This document shows, piece after piece, positions 38,572-48,006 of a stretch of DNA of 64,000 bases. The notes under the pieces are model-generated. The model was not told the origin of the DNA, searched no databases, and was given only the letters and a program-made list of their open reading frames with translations. Origin of the DNA: an uncultured Gemmatimonadales bacterium (GTDB lineage Bacteria; Gemmatimonadota; Gemmatimonadetes; Gemmatimonadales; GWC2-71-9); NCBI GenBank assembly GCA_963730185.1, contig CAVSQW010000009.1:160001-224000 (forward strand), read 5' to 3'. Position numbers and translations under genes: made by a program. The first letter of the stretch is position 1. The number at the start of each line of letters is the position of its first letter.

Positions 38572-39317
38572 GTCGTCGGGGGGTGGCGACGTGGCGGGTG
38601 GTGATCGCGGACGACGAGCCCCTGGCCCGGGAGGTGATCCGAGACCTCTTGAGGTCGGCGGGCGACATGACGGTGGTGGCCGAGTGTCGGACCGGCGTCG
38701 AGGTGGTCGAGGCGGTGCGGGCCCACCAGCCCGACCTGCTCTTTCTGGACGTGGCGATGCCCGATCTGAACGGGCTCGCGGCCCTCGCCAGGCTTGGCGC
38801 CGACGCGGTCCCGGCCACGGTGCTGGTCACCGCCTTCGAGGAGCACGCCCTCGAAGCCTTCGATCAGGCCGCTCTCGACTATCTGGTGAAGCCCTTTACC
38901 GACGAGCGTTTTCGGGTGGCGTTGGATCGGGCCCGGCGACGGTTGGCGGAGCGAGCGGTTTCCGGACCGGGTTATCGGGTCCGCTTTCTGGCGACGGTCG
39001 GTCGGCGCCAGGTTCCGGTGCCGGCCGCCGCCGTCCGGTGGATCGAGGCCCGGAACTACTATGCCCGACTCCATCTCGACGACGGCCGGACCCACCTGAT
39101 TCGCCGGTCGCTCGGGGCCCTGGAACGGGAACTCGATCCGGAGCGTTTCGTCCGGGCCCATCGGGGAGTGATCGTCGGGCTCGATCACGTGACCGAGCTC
39201 CGGCAGGACCCGACCGGTCGAACCGAGCTGATCCTGAGCGGCGGCGAGCGGGTGCCGGTCAGCGAGCGCCGCCGCGGCCTGGTTCGCGAGCGGCTGGGTC
39301 GCCGGGAACGGAGCTAG
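38568..39317 (+). CDS. LytTR-family response regulator
   Basis: IADDEPLAR, LFLDVAMP, VTAF, DYLVKP; FVRAHRG, VPVS. Confidence 0.94.
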   Translation: MSRRGVATWRVVIADDEPLAREVIRDLLRSAGDMTVVAECRTGVEVVEAVRAHQPDLLFLDVAMPDLNGLAALARLGADAVPATVLVTAFEEHALEAFDQAALDYLVKPFTDERFRVALDRARRRLAERAVSGPGYRVRFLATVGRRQVPVPAAAVRWIEARNYYARLHLDDGRTHLIRRSLGALERELDPERFVRAHRGVIVGLDHVTELRQDPTGRTELILSGGERVPVSERRRGLVRERLGRRERS

Positions 39318-39362
39318 GGGTCGGGGTCCGACCTGCCGGCCGCGGGCGGCAGCGCCAACACC

Positions 39363-40451
39363 TCACCGTCTCCTGGCCCGCCAATCGGCGAGGGCCTTCG
39401 CTTCCTGCACCGGCGTGATCGCGAACCGGGGGTTGGTTCGCCGGGCCTCGGGCACCGACGGCCACCAGGCCAGCGTGTCACGGACCGTCTCGGCCACCGG
39501 GCGGAAGGTGAGGCCGGCGTCTCGGGCGCGCGATGCGTCGATCGACATCATCCCGTCGTCGTTGCCGGCGAGCATGGCCCAGGGGATCGCCTCGACGATC
39601 TCGTGGGCCTTCAGGAATGGGTAGTCGTCCACCGGCACGTAGCGCACGTCGGCGCGTAAGGCCCGCTTGGCCTCCGCCAGAAACGCCGGCATGGTGAGCG
39701 ATTGAGCGGGCCCCGCCGCGTTGAATACGCCGGATCGCTTCTCCTCCAGCAGCCGGATCATCCAAGCGGCCAGATCGCGGACGTCGACCAGTTGGACCGG
39801 ATCGTCCGGCCGACCCGGCGCCAGGACGTCACCGCCCTTGGCCAGCCGGACGGGCCAGTACGGAAATCGGTCGGTGGTGTCGCCCGGGCCCACGATGTAA
39901 GTCGGTCGGACGACCAGGGCCCTCTCGCCGAAGGCCGCTCGAGTCAACCGCTCGCACTGGGCCTTCCGAACGCCGTACGCCGCCGACGGGTCTTTCGGGT
40001 CGTCGGCCTCGAGGCGAGGCGGCACCGACTCGTCGACCCCGCGCCGGAGGTAGGGATAGTAGACGCCGGTGGACGAGGTGAAGAGGTACTGGCCCACGGC
40101 GTCGCTGAGGAGCTCGGTGGACTGCCGGACCCACTCCGGATTGGTGGCCGAGTCGTCGATCACGGCGTCCCAGCGGCCACCCTCGAGGGCCCCCAGCTGG
40201 CCATTCCGGTCGCCGACCAGGCGGGTCACGCCGCTGGGTAAGTCGGCCTGACGCCGGCCCCGGGTGAAGATCGTGACCCGATGGCCTCGCGCCATCGCCA
40301 ACCGCACCAGGTGCGGGCCGATGAAGCCGGTCCCCCCGAGGATCAAGAGGTCGAGCCCGCTCCGGCCGATCGACCACTGGATCGGAAGCGGACCGGCGGC
40401 GGCGATCGCCACGCCGGCCGTGGTGCGAAGAAAGTCACGCCGATTGGGCAC
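39363..40451 (-). CDS. NAD-dependent epimerase/dehydratase-family protein with Tat-like signal
   Basis: NRRDFL; ILGGTGFIG; YGVRK; RPTYIVGPGDTTDRFPYW; AAGGAG RBS. Confidence 0.9.
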   Translation of the reverse strand: MPNRRDFLRTTAGVAIAAAGPLPIQWSIGRSGLDLLILGGTGFIGPHLVRLAMARGHRVTIFTRGRRQADLPSGVTRLVGDRNGQLGALEGGRWDAVIDDSATNPEWVRQSTELLSDAVGQYLFTSSTGVYYPYLRRGVDESVPPRLEADDPKDPSAAYGVRKAQCERLTRAAFGERALVVRPTYIVGPGDTTDRFPYWPVRLAKGGDVLAPGRPDDPVQLVDVRDLAAWMIRLLEEKRSGVFNAAGPAQSLTMPAFLAEAKRALRADVRYVPVDDYPFLKAHEIVEAIPWAMLAGNDDGMMSIDASRARDAGLTFRPVAETVRDTLAWWPSVPEARRTNPRFAITPVQEAKALADWRARRR

Positions 40452-40629
40452 GACAGGCTCCTTTCGCCATCGCGGGTGCTCTCGTCTACGATCGTTGCCC
40501 GGCGCGGTTTCGGGTCGAGCCACTGCGTTCGGAGCCACCAGGCCGCGTTCGCTGCAAGCGGGGTCGAAGGCGCGGCCCGATCACTCGTAGGGTGCCGGAG
40601 TCACTCCTTCGACACACGGAGCCCGGCCC

Positions 40630-42147
40630 ATGCGCATCCGGCGGTCCCTGAAGCTACTCCTGATTCCCACCCTGATCGGCCTGGCGGCAGGCCGGACAGC
40701 GGAGTCCGCCGCCGATCCTCGGGCGCTGATCGAGGCCGGCGCCCACGCCATGGGGGGATTAGACCTGCTCCGCCGCCTCCCGGCTGTCCGGGTGGAGGAG
40801 ACCGGTCACGAATACATGATCTCCACGCCCACGTCACCGGACGGTCCCCGCCGGATGGCGCTGCAGACCTTCACCGAGATCCGGAACCGGTCGCTCGACG
40901 CCATCCGGTGGTCCCAGGTCCTGCGCTATCCGATGCGTCCCGAGGTCTTCAACCGGACCATCGTCGCCACGGCGACAGCCGGGGCGACGATGAGCGGCCC
41001 CCGGGTCGCACCCGACTCGCCGGCCGGATGGCGGGCCGCCCGAGGGGAGGTGGAGCTGGCCCCGGAGCGGATCCTGCTGACGGCGCTGGCGGCCGCCCAG
41101 CTGACCCTCGAACCGGCGATCGTGGTGGCCGGCGATTCCGCGTCGGTGGTGCGGTTCCCGTACCGTGAGGGCTCGGTCGAGCTCGCGCTCGACCGGCGGT
41201 CGCACCTGCCAATCCGGGTTATGTTAACCTACTCACCGGCCGACGACCCCTTCATGCACATGCTCGGTGACGCCACCCTCGAGACGACGTGGACGGCCTG
41301 GGCGGTCGATTCCTCCGGGCTCTGGTACCCCCGTCAGCGGAGCGTCACCTTGAACGGCGAGCCCTACCGCGAGTACGTCGTCACGTCGTTCGAGCTCCCG
41401 GCGGCGGCTCCGCCCGATTCCTTCGCCATCCCGGACACCGTCGCCGCCCGATTCAGCCCCAGTCGATCCGGTCCCAGGTCGGTCCGCCTGTCGCCCCGAC
41501 CCCTCGGTCGGAACGCGGTCCTCTATCTCGGCGGATATCAGGCCTTCGCGGTGAAGCAGGACGACGGGGTGGTGGTGGTCGAGGCGCCCGAGTCGGCCGA
41601 GAAATCCCGCGCCGTCTTGCGGGACCTGGCCGAGCGCTGGCCGACGGTCCCGGTCAAGGCGTTGATCGCGACCTCGCCGATGTGGATGCACCTAGGTGGC
41701 GTGCGGGAGTACGTCGCCCGGAGGATCCCGATCTACGCCTCGCGCGGGACGGCCGAGGTCGTTCGAAGGCTGGTGGCCGCTCCCCATCGTCTCTCACCCG
41801 ACAGCCTGAGCAGGGCCCCCCGATCGCTCCGGCTTCACGTGGTGGGAGGCCGACTTGAACTTGGGCGCAGGGCCGACCGTCTCGAGGTCAGGCCGGCGGA
41901 CGGTCCCCACGGCGCCGCGATGCTGCTGGTGCGGTTGCCGGCCCTTCGACTGCTCTATGCCAGCGACATCCCGGTTCCCGACGCCTTCGAACCGAATTTC
42001 AAGGCGGCCTACCGGGCCGAGCTTCTCCGGACGGTGGATGGACTTTCGGCGGCGATCGACTCAGTGTTCGGGCTCCACGTGGCCCCGATGGGGGTGGACG
42101 CGATCCGAGCCGGGACCCCGATTGAGGCCGCTCGGCCCTCGGGCTGA
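40630..42147 (+). CDS. Secreted protein with C-terminal degenerate metallo-beta-lactamase fold
   Basis: Signal peptide; AVKQDDGVVVVEAP, PVKALIATSPMWMHLGGVREYVA, GPHG, LLYASD, FGLH. Confidence 0.7.
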   Translation: MRIRRSLKLLLIPTLIGLAAGRTAESAADPRALIEAGAHAMGGLDLLRRLPAVRVEETGHEYMISTPTSPDGPRRMALQTFTEIRNRSLDAIRWSQVLRYPMRPEVFNRTIVATATAGATMSGPRVAPDSPAGWRAARGEVELAPERILLTALAAAQLTLEPAIVVAGDSASVVRFPYREGSVELALDRRSHLPIRVMLTYSPADDPFMHMLGDATLETTWTAWAVDSSGLWYPRQRSVTLNGEPYREYVVTSFELPAAAPPDSFAIPDTVAARFSPSRSGPRSVRLSPRPLGRNAVLYLGGYQAFAVKQDDGVVVVEAPESAEKSRAVLRDLAERWPTVPVKALIATSPMWMHLGGVREYVARRIPIYASRGTAEVVRRLVAAPHRLSPDSLSRAPRSLRLHVVGGRLELGRRADRLEVRPADGPHGAAMLLVRLPALRLLYASDIPVPDAFEPNFKAAYRAELLRTVDGLSAAIDSVFGLHVAPMGVDAIRAGTPIEAARPSG

Positions 42148-42329
42148 GTCGGCAACCTCGAGCCGGGGTGTGACTTCCGGGATGCTGATAGCGGGCTGAG
42201 GCCGGGATGATTGGCGGCGTCGATGTTGGCGGCGGGTCGGCATGGATTCGACGAGCGCCGTGCCGGCCCGCGTCAGGCGTCCTGCGGCGGCGCACACCGA
42301 CGGTCCCCACGTTCGTCCGAGGAAGCGCC

Positions 42330-42954
42330 ATGCGGTTCTCATGCATCGTGTTAGTCAGCCTGGCGGCCCTGGTCGGAGTGGCGTCGGATGCCCGGGGCCA
42401 GCACCTGTCGGTGGCACCGACCATCGGGTTCTACGTGCCCACCGAAGACTTGATCAGCGCCGCCCAGAATGGCGGTACCTCGGGCAAGCTCGAGGCTGGG
42501 GTGTCATTCGGTGGGTGGTTGGGCCTCTGGTTCGGGAGCCGGGTCGGCCTCGAGGCGTCGGGCAACTACAGTGCCCACGACGTTCTCGCTCACCTCCTCG
42601 TCGAATCAGGTCACCAAGCAGGACGCCAAGCTGTTCAACGGCGCCGCCCAGCTGGTGATCTACCTGCTGCCCCGGACCGGTCTGTTCTCCGTCTACCTGA
42701 ACGGCGGGGTCGGCGTCGTGAGCCACGGGGGCGTCGCGTTCACCAGTCAGGCCGAGACCACCAACCTGTCCGGGGTCGTCGGGGCCGGCGCCGGGCTCAA
42801 TCTCGGCGGGTTCATGTTGACCGCCGGAGCCGATCTCTACGGCTACAAGTCCGACTATGCCGGCACGACCCAGTTGACCGGCAGCCTGACCCAAGAGGAC
42901 ATTCAGCTCCGACTCGGTTTCGGACTGCCGTTCGGGGGGCCGATCCCACACTGA
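42330..42954 (+). CDS. Small outer-membrane beta-barrel protein (extra A near 42570)
   Basis: Signal peptide, amphipathic strands; C-half (VPTTFSL...YLNGGVG...IQLRLGFGLPF) is in the frame of ORF 42469..42954. Confidence 0.72.
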
Positions 42955-42992
42955 TCGACGGGCTCGGGCACCCGGGCTGTCAAGGCGCGACC

Positions 42993-43235
42993 GACTCGGC
43001 GTGGTTTGATGGCTCGAATACGTACCTGACCCGGACCGAGGTCCACGAGCTCCTGGGGCGGGCGTTCGCCGCGGCGGGCCTCCCGGACAGCGCGGCCGTT
43101 CAATATGCCGCCGTCGCCAAGGCCTGGAGCCACGCGGATCCGGAGCTCGCATCGCGGGTGGCGGCCGCCCGGGCCTTCCGGCCACCGGTCGAGACCCGGT
43201 CCTCGCTCCGAAAGGCCGTCCCGGCCCACTCCTGA
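42993..43235 (+). pseudogene. C-terminal fragment of a TPR-type protein
   Basis: DGSNTYLTRTEVHELLGRAFAAAGLPDSAAVQYAAVAKAWSHADPEL; no start or RBS. Confidence 0.55.
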
Positions 43236-43283
43236 CCGACGCGGCTCGCGCGAGCGGTCTCACCTCCTTCCCGAGCCTTGCCC

Positions 43284-44294
43284 ATGGTCTCCCTGAACGT
43301 GAGCTCCCCCGACGCCCGCGCGCTCTTTCAGGATGCCCTCGTCTGGGACATGGTGTTCGTCTACGAACCCGACGTGGGCAACGACGCTCGGCTCTTCCCG
43401 AGATGGCTCGAGGCGGGCTTCAACTTCGTTTCGGTCCACCCCGCCGGCGACCGGCACAACGTCGGCGAAGCCATGCGGCGGATCGCGCTCTGCCGGCGTC
43501 ACATCCTGAGCGACTCACGCTACCTCCTGGTGGACACCGCCGACGATGTCCTCCGCGCCAGGCGGGAAGGAAAGCTGGCCGTCGGGCTCCACCTCGAAGG
43601 GTTCCGGTGCCTGGAGCGCGACCTCAACCTGATCGAGGTCTACTACCGGCTCGGAGTGCGCTTCTGTCACCCGGTCTTCAACCTGGTGAACTCGATCGGC
43701 GGCGGCGGCGCCGACCGGATCGACATCGGGCTCACCAAGTTCGGAGTCCGCGTGGTGGAGGAGATGAACCGGGTGGGGATGTTGGTGGATGGCGCCCACG
43801 CCGGCTATCGGACCACGCTCGACATGATCGAGGTGTCGCGGACGCCGATGATCTTCTCGCACCTCGGGTGCCATGCCGTTCATCCCCACTTCCGGAACGT
43901 CAAGGACGACCAGATCCTGGGCTGCGCCCGGAAGGGTGGCGTCATCGGTATCACGAGCGCCGGCTTCTATCTGGGCGGGACCGAGAGCGAGACCTACTTC
44001 CGGCACCTCGACCACGTGGCGCAGCTGGCGGGCGCCGGCCACGTGGGATTGGGTCTCGACTACCTCGACGAGGGCGGCCTGGCTTTCCTGTCGGCCTTCA
44101 TCGACGCCCGGCCCGACGAGTGGCCCGATCGCGACAAGGGGGTCTGGGATCCGCTGGCGTGCGTCCACCCCGAACAGATGATCGAGGTGGCGGAGCTGAT
44201 GCTCCGCCACGGCTACTCGGAGCAGGAGGTTCGCGGCGTCCTGGGCGAGAATTGGCTCCGGGTCTGTCGCGAGGTGTGGCAGCCCTCACGATAG
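43284..44294 (+). CDS. Cytoplasmic M19 membrane-dipeptidase-family protein
   Basis: GLHLEG, GLTKFGVRVVEEMNRVGMLVDGAH, FSH, RNVKDDQI, HVGLGLDY, LGENWLRV. Confidence 0.88.
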   Translation: MVSLNVSSPDARALFQDALVWDMVFVYEPDVGNDARLFPRWLEAGFNFVSVHPAGDRHNVGEAMRRIALCRRHILSDSRYLLVDTADDVLRARREGKLAVGLHLEGFRCLERDLNLIEVYYRLGVRFCHPVFNLVNSIGGGGADRIDIGLTKFGVRVVEEMNRVGMLVDGAHAGYRTTLDMIEVSRTPMIFSHLGCHAVHPHFRNVKDDQILGCARKGGVIGITSAGFYLGGTESETYFRHLDHVAQLAGAGHVGLGLDYLDEGGLAFLSAFIDARPDEWPDRDKGVWDPLACVHPEQMIEVAELMLRHGYSEQEVRGVLGENWLRVCREVWQPSR

Positions 44295-44314
44295 CCAGGA
44301 CGGACCGGAGCCCC

Positions 44315-45079
44315 TCAGAGAATCCGGGTCGCGAACTCCAACGTGACGGCCAAGGTCGAGTTCTTCGCCCCGACGAGCCGGTTGCCGTCCGCGACCGCCT
44401 GGTCCGGGGCGATTGGTACCAGGCTCCGGGTCCAGCGAACGCCGATGCCGATGCCTCCCGCGGCGATCGTTCCCCCGACCACGAACCCGGCATCGCCGTT
44501 GTTGTAACGCGTGGTGGAGCCATCCGCGCTGGAGCACGGGCGGACCAGCTCGGGTCCGCTCGACCCTTGGGGGACCGGCACGTCCGCGACCGGGTTGGAG
44601 AACGAGCAGGCCAGGCGGACGGCGATGAACGGACCGGCGTAGATCCGGGGCGTGACGTCGCGGCTGATGGCGCGCCGAAAGCGGGCTTCGATCAGAAGCG
44701 GCGCCTCGAGCCAGGTGAACGAAGCCTTCTCGGTCTCGGTGATCGGCACGCACTGGGTGCCAGGTGGCAGGCAGGGCGGGATGATGCTGTTGGTGAACCC
44801 GACCTGCTTCCCCGAGACCAGCACTTCGGGTCGGAGTCGGATCGAGCCGATCACCGGCACGCTCAGGAACCCTCCCAGCGAGCCCCGGATCTTGGCGTCG
44901 ACCGGGCCGGCACCGGTGACCGTGTTGCGGTTGGGACCGCCGATGATCCCGATCTCGACCGCGGCGTCGCGGTCGATGAATCGATGCAGCCGTTGGAGCG
45001 TGCGCCGCTGGGCCTGGAGCCCCGCGGGAATCACCAGCAGGCCGGCCAGCAGCAGGACGGGCAAGGTCGAACGTGGCAT
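44315..45079 (-). CDS. Porin-family / OM beta-barrel protein
   Basis: Signal peptide; LRPEVLVSGK, WLEAPLL, IYAGPFIA, VRWTRSL, KNSTLAVTLEF. Confidence 0.72.
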   Translation of the reverse strand: MPRSTLPVLLLAGLLVIPAGLQAQRRTLQRLHRFIDRDAAVEIGIIGGPNRNTVTGAGPVDAKIRGSLGGFLSVPVIGSIRLRPEVLVSGKQVGFTNSIIPPCLPPGTQCVPITETEKASFTWLEAPLLIEARFRRAISRDVTPRIYAGPFIAVRLACSFSNPVADVPVPQGSSGPELVRPCSSADGSTTRYNNGDAGFVVGGTIAAGGIGIGVRWTRSLVPIAPDQAVADGNRLVGAKNSTLAVTLEFATRIL

Positions 45080-45283
45080 GTGGGTCCCCTGGATGGCTGG
45101 GATTCCTCCGACCACGCGTCGGGGGGTGTTCTCCTTCGATGCCAGGATCCGGGCCAACGTTGCGTAAGCGGCGGTTCGAGGGGCCACGCGGGCGGCCGGC
45201 GATCCGCCGCTTGCCTCCGATCGAGCCGGACACGATCTTGCGCTCGAAGCAATGATGACCTTGGAAGGAGCTCGTAACACCCC

Positions 45284-46761
45284 ATGACATCGACGTTTCG
45301 CTCGCTCCGACAGGCTCTGCTCACGCTCTCGGCCGTGGCCCTTCTCGTCCCCGCCGTCGGCCACGCCCAGATCTCCCGGGCGGAGTACCTGGCTCGGCGT
45401 GACTCGCTGGCGGCCCGGGTCGGCGACGGGGTCGTGATTGCCTTCGGTGGCCGTACCCCGGTGAGCGACTTCGGCCCGTTCTATCAGCTGGCCGGCTTCC
45501 GCTACCTGACCGGGTACGAGTTCGCCGATGCCACCCTGATCATGACGGTGAAGGGTGGTCGGGCGACCAGCACCCTGTTCGTGAATCGGAGCACTCCCCG
45601 CCGGGCGCTCTACTACGGTGTCGAGCCGGACTCCGGCGCCATCGCGGTCGACCTCGGTCTCGGCTCTCGCGATGCCGGCCAGCTCCAGGCCGTGGCGGAT
45701 TCGCTCGCGTCGACCGGCGCCGCGTTCCACGTCCTGCGCGACTTCGAGGACGCCGACTTCGCCCAGGCCGACTCCCTGACCCGGGGTGGTCAGTTCATGC
45801 GGGGCCTCGCGGCTCGACACGGCGGCCTCACGGTCAAGAACGCGGCCCCGATCGTGGACCAGCTCCGGGCCCGTAAGAGCCCGGCCGAGCTGGCGCTGAT
45901 CCGAAAGGCGGCGGAGATCAGCACCGAGGGGCACCGCCAGGCCATGAAACAGATCGAGCCCGGCATGCACGAGTACGATCTCCAGGCGATCGTCGAATAC
46001 GCCTTCAAGCGGGGTGGGGCGGAGCGGCCGTCCTACGGGTCGATCGTGGGCTCGGGTCCAAACGGTACCCAGCTCCACTACATGAAGGATCGGGGCGAGC
46101 TCAAGCCGGGCCAGGTGGTGGTGATCGACGCGGGGGCGGAGTACGACGGCTACGCGGCGGACGTCACCCGCACCATCCCGGTCAGCGGCACCTACACGCC
46201 GGACCAGCGGGCCATCTATCAGGTCGTCCGCGACGCGCAGGCCGCGGCGGAGCGAAACTCCAAGCCCGGGATGTCGATTCAGGCCGCCCAGGACAGCTCG
46301 ATCGACGTCCGGGCCGAAGGCCTCGCCCGGCTCGGTCTGATCGAGTCACCTACCGCGACCTTCGACCCGCCCTGGCCGGCCGACTGCGAGGGTCGCCCCG
46401 CTCGTGCCGCCAGGTGATGCTCTTCGCCATCCACGGGATCAGCCACGGCCTCGGCCTGGCGGTGCATGACCCGCTTCAGGCCTACTACGGCGACCACACC
46501 TTCAAGCAGGGCGATGCGTTCACGATCGAGCCGGGGATCTACGTGACCCCGAAGCTCCTGGACATCCTACCCGACACCCCGAAGAACCGGGCCTTCAAGG
46601 CCAAAGTCCAGAAGGCGGTGGAGCGCTACCGGGACACCGGCGTTCGGATCGAGGACGATTACGTCATCACCGACCGGGGCCTGCAGTGGATCACGAGCGG
46701 CGCTCCGCGGGAGATCGAGGAGATCGAGGCCCTGTCGAAGCGCCGCCCCGCCGTGCCTTAG
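45284..46761 (+). CDS. Secreted Xaa-Pro aminopeptidase (M24B; one base missing near 46400)
   Basis: EYLARR, IVGSGPNGTQLHY, IDAGAEYDGYAADVTRT; HGISHGLGLAVHD, TIEPGIY and GVRIEDD are in the next frame. Confidence 0.92.
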
Positions 46762-47537
46762 GGGGTCTTGAGGCGGTCGATCTGGCGCTGGATCATCGGC
46801 TTGGCCCGATCCGGCGCCTGGTCGAGCGCCTTCTGGAACGTAGCCAGCGCCGCCTCCTTGTCGCCCGAGGCCGCCTGCGCTCCCCCCAACGCCGCCAGCG
46901 TGCGAACGTCCTCACCGTTGGTCGTGATCTCCAGCTGGATCATGGCGATCGCCGCGGGGTACTTGCCGGCCCGCGAGAGCTCCTCGCCCAGCCGGGTCAG
47001 GACTCCCGGGCTGAAGTCGTAGGAGAACCCTCCGTAGTACCGCTTCCGGAGCGCCTGGTACTGGGCGATCGCGGAGTCGACCCCGGCGGAGTCGATCGTC
47101 CTCGCCAGCACGTCCTCGAGCATGACCGGCCGACTCAGCCCTCGATGGCAGGTTACGCAGGTCACCCGGACCCGCTCAGCGTCGGGGACGCCCAGATCGG
47201 CCAGCCCGGCCAGCTGGGTGCCGTTGATGTCGTGGACCATCCGGATCATGAGCCGAGCCTTGGCCTTGGTCGGCTTGTCGTCGGACGCGAAGTCGAAGTC
47301 GGCCAGACTCCGAGCGCCGTTGTCGACGTGGCAATACTCGCAGCGCACGCCGAGGGCGGCGGTGAAGCCCCGCATCACGGCGCTGAGCCTCTCGCCCCCG
47401 ATGTCGTCCGGAAGCGCTTTGATGTTCTTGGGGTGGTCGGGCCAACGGAACCCGCCCTGAGCCTGCGCCGCCGTCGCCGACCCGGCGAGTAGCGTCACGA
47501 TGGCCGTCGAGGCGACGACCAGGTTGGAAACGCGCAT
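46758..47537 (-). CDS. Diheme c-type cytochrome (PufC-like domain) with C-terminal TPR
   Basis: Signal peptide; PKNIKALP, M..F..ALGVRCEYCH, ARLMIRM, VTCVTCHRG; TPR-like helices. Confidence 0.88.
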   Translation of the reverse strand: MRVSNLVVASTAIVTLLAGSATAAQAQGGFRWPDHPKNIKALPDDIGGERLSAVMRGFTAALGVRCEYCHVDNGARSLADFDFASDDKPTKAKARLMIRMVHDINGTQLAGLADLGVPDAERVRVTCVTCHRGLSRPVMLEDVLARTIDSAGVDSAIAQYQALRKRYYGGFSYDFSPGVLTRLGEELSRAGKYPAAIAMIQLEITTNGEDVRTLAALGGAQAASGDKEAALATFQKALDQAPDRAKPMIQRQIDRLKTP

Positions 47538-47613
47538 GAACCGCCTCGAAGCATTAGGGGACTGGAATAATAGAAAACCCGGCGGCCGGCGAGCCAACCG
47601 GTCTGAAACCCGC

Positions 47614-47642
47614 TTGCCGCTTATATCGTCATGCGATATAGT
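47614..47642 (+). promoter_or_regulatory. Sigma70 promoter with embedded PadR operator
   Basis: TTGCCG-N17-TATAGT; perfect palindrome TATATCG-N5-CGATATA at 47622..47640. Confidence 0.8.
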
Positions 47643-47661
47643 TGCGAAGGGGGTCTCCTCA

Positions 47662-48006
47662 ATGGGTACTACGGCGCCGCTCTCGGCGCAGGTCTTTCAC
47701 ATCCTGTTGGCCCTGGTCGACGGTGATCGCCACGGCTATGGGATCATTCTCGACGTGGAACGGGAAACCGGAGGCTCGGTGCGTCTCGGTCCCGGCACTC
47801 TCTACGGCGCCTTGAAGCGGTTGGTTGCAGCCGGGTGGGTGGTCGAGACCGACCGCCGTCCCGACCCGACCCTCGACGACGAGCGTCGGCGGTACTACCG
47901 GCTGACCGAGGATGGGCGCCGGGTGCTCGCGGCCGAGACGGCTCGGATGGCGAGCGCGGTCGCCCGGGCTCGTCGAGCCGGGGCCCTTCGAGCTCGTCCC
48001 ACATGA
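47662..48006 (+). CDS. PadR-family transcriptional regulator
   Basis: PLSAQVFHILLAL..RHGYGI...LGPGTLYGALKRL...DERRRYYRLT. Confidence 0.94.
   Translation: MGTTAPLSAQVFHILLALVDGDRHGYGIILDVERETGGSVRLGPGTLYGALKRLVAAGWVVETDRRPDPTLDDERRRYYRLTEDGRRVLAAETARMASAVARARRAGALRARPT

Noticed and set aside
42207..43235. 342-aa ORF joining the OM barrel N-terminus to a TPR tail
   Set aside because: Artefact of the 42570 frameshift running on into an unrelated fragment.
46400..46420. Selenocysteine readthrough or programmed frameshift in the Xaa-Pro peptidase
   Set aside because: The continuation is in a different frame, so not readthrough; no slippery heptamer; a single missing base restores RPASCRQVM.
46758..47537. 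Evidence for phototrophy from the PufC-like cytochrome
   Set aside because: Only two hemes, a TPR fusion, and no puf/bch genes in the window.
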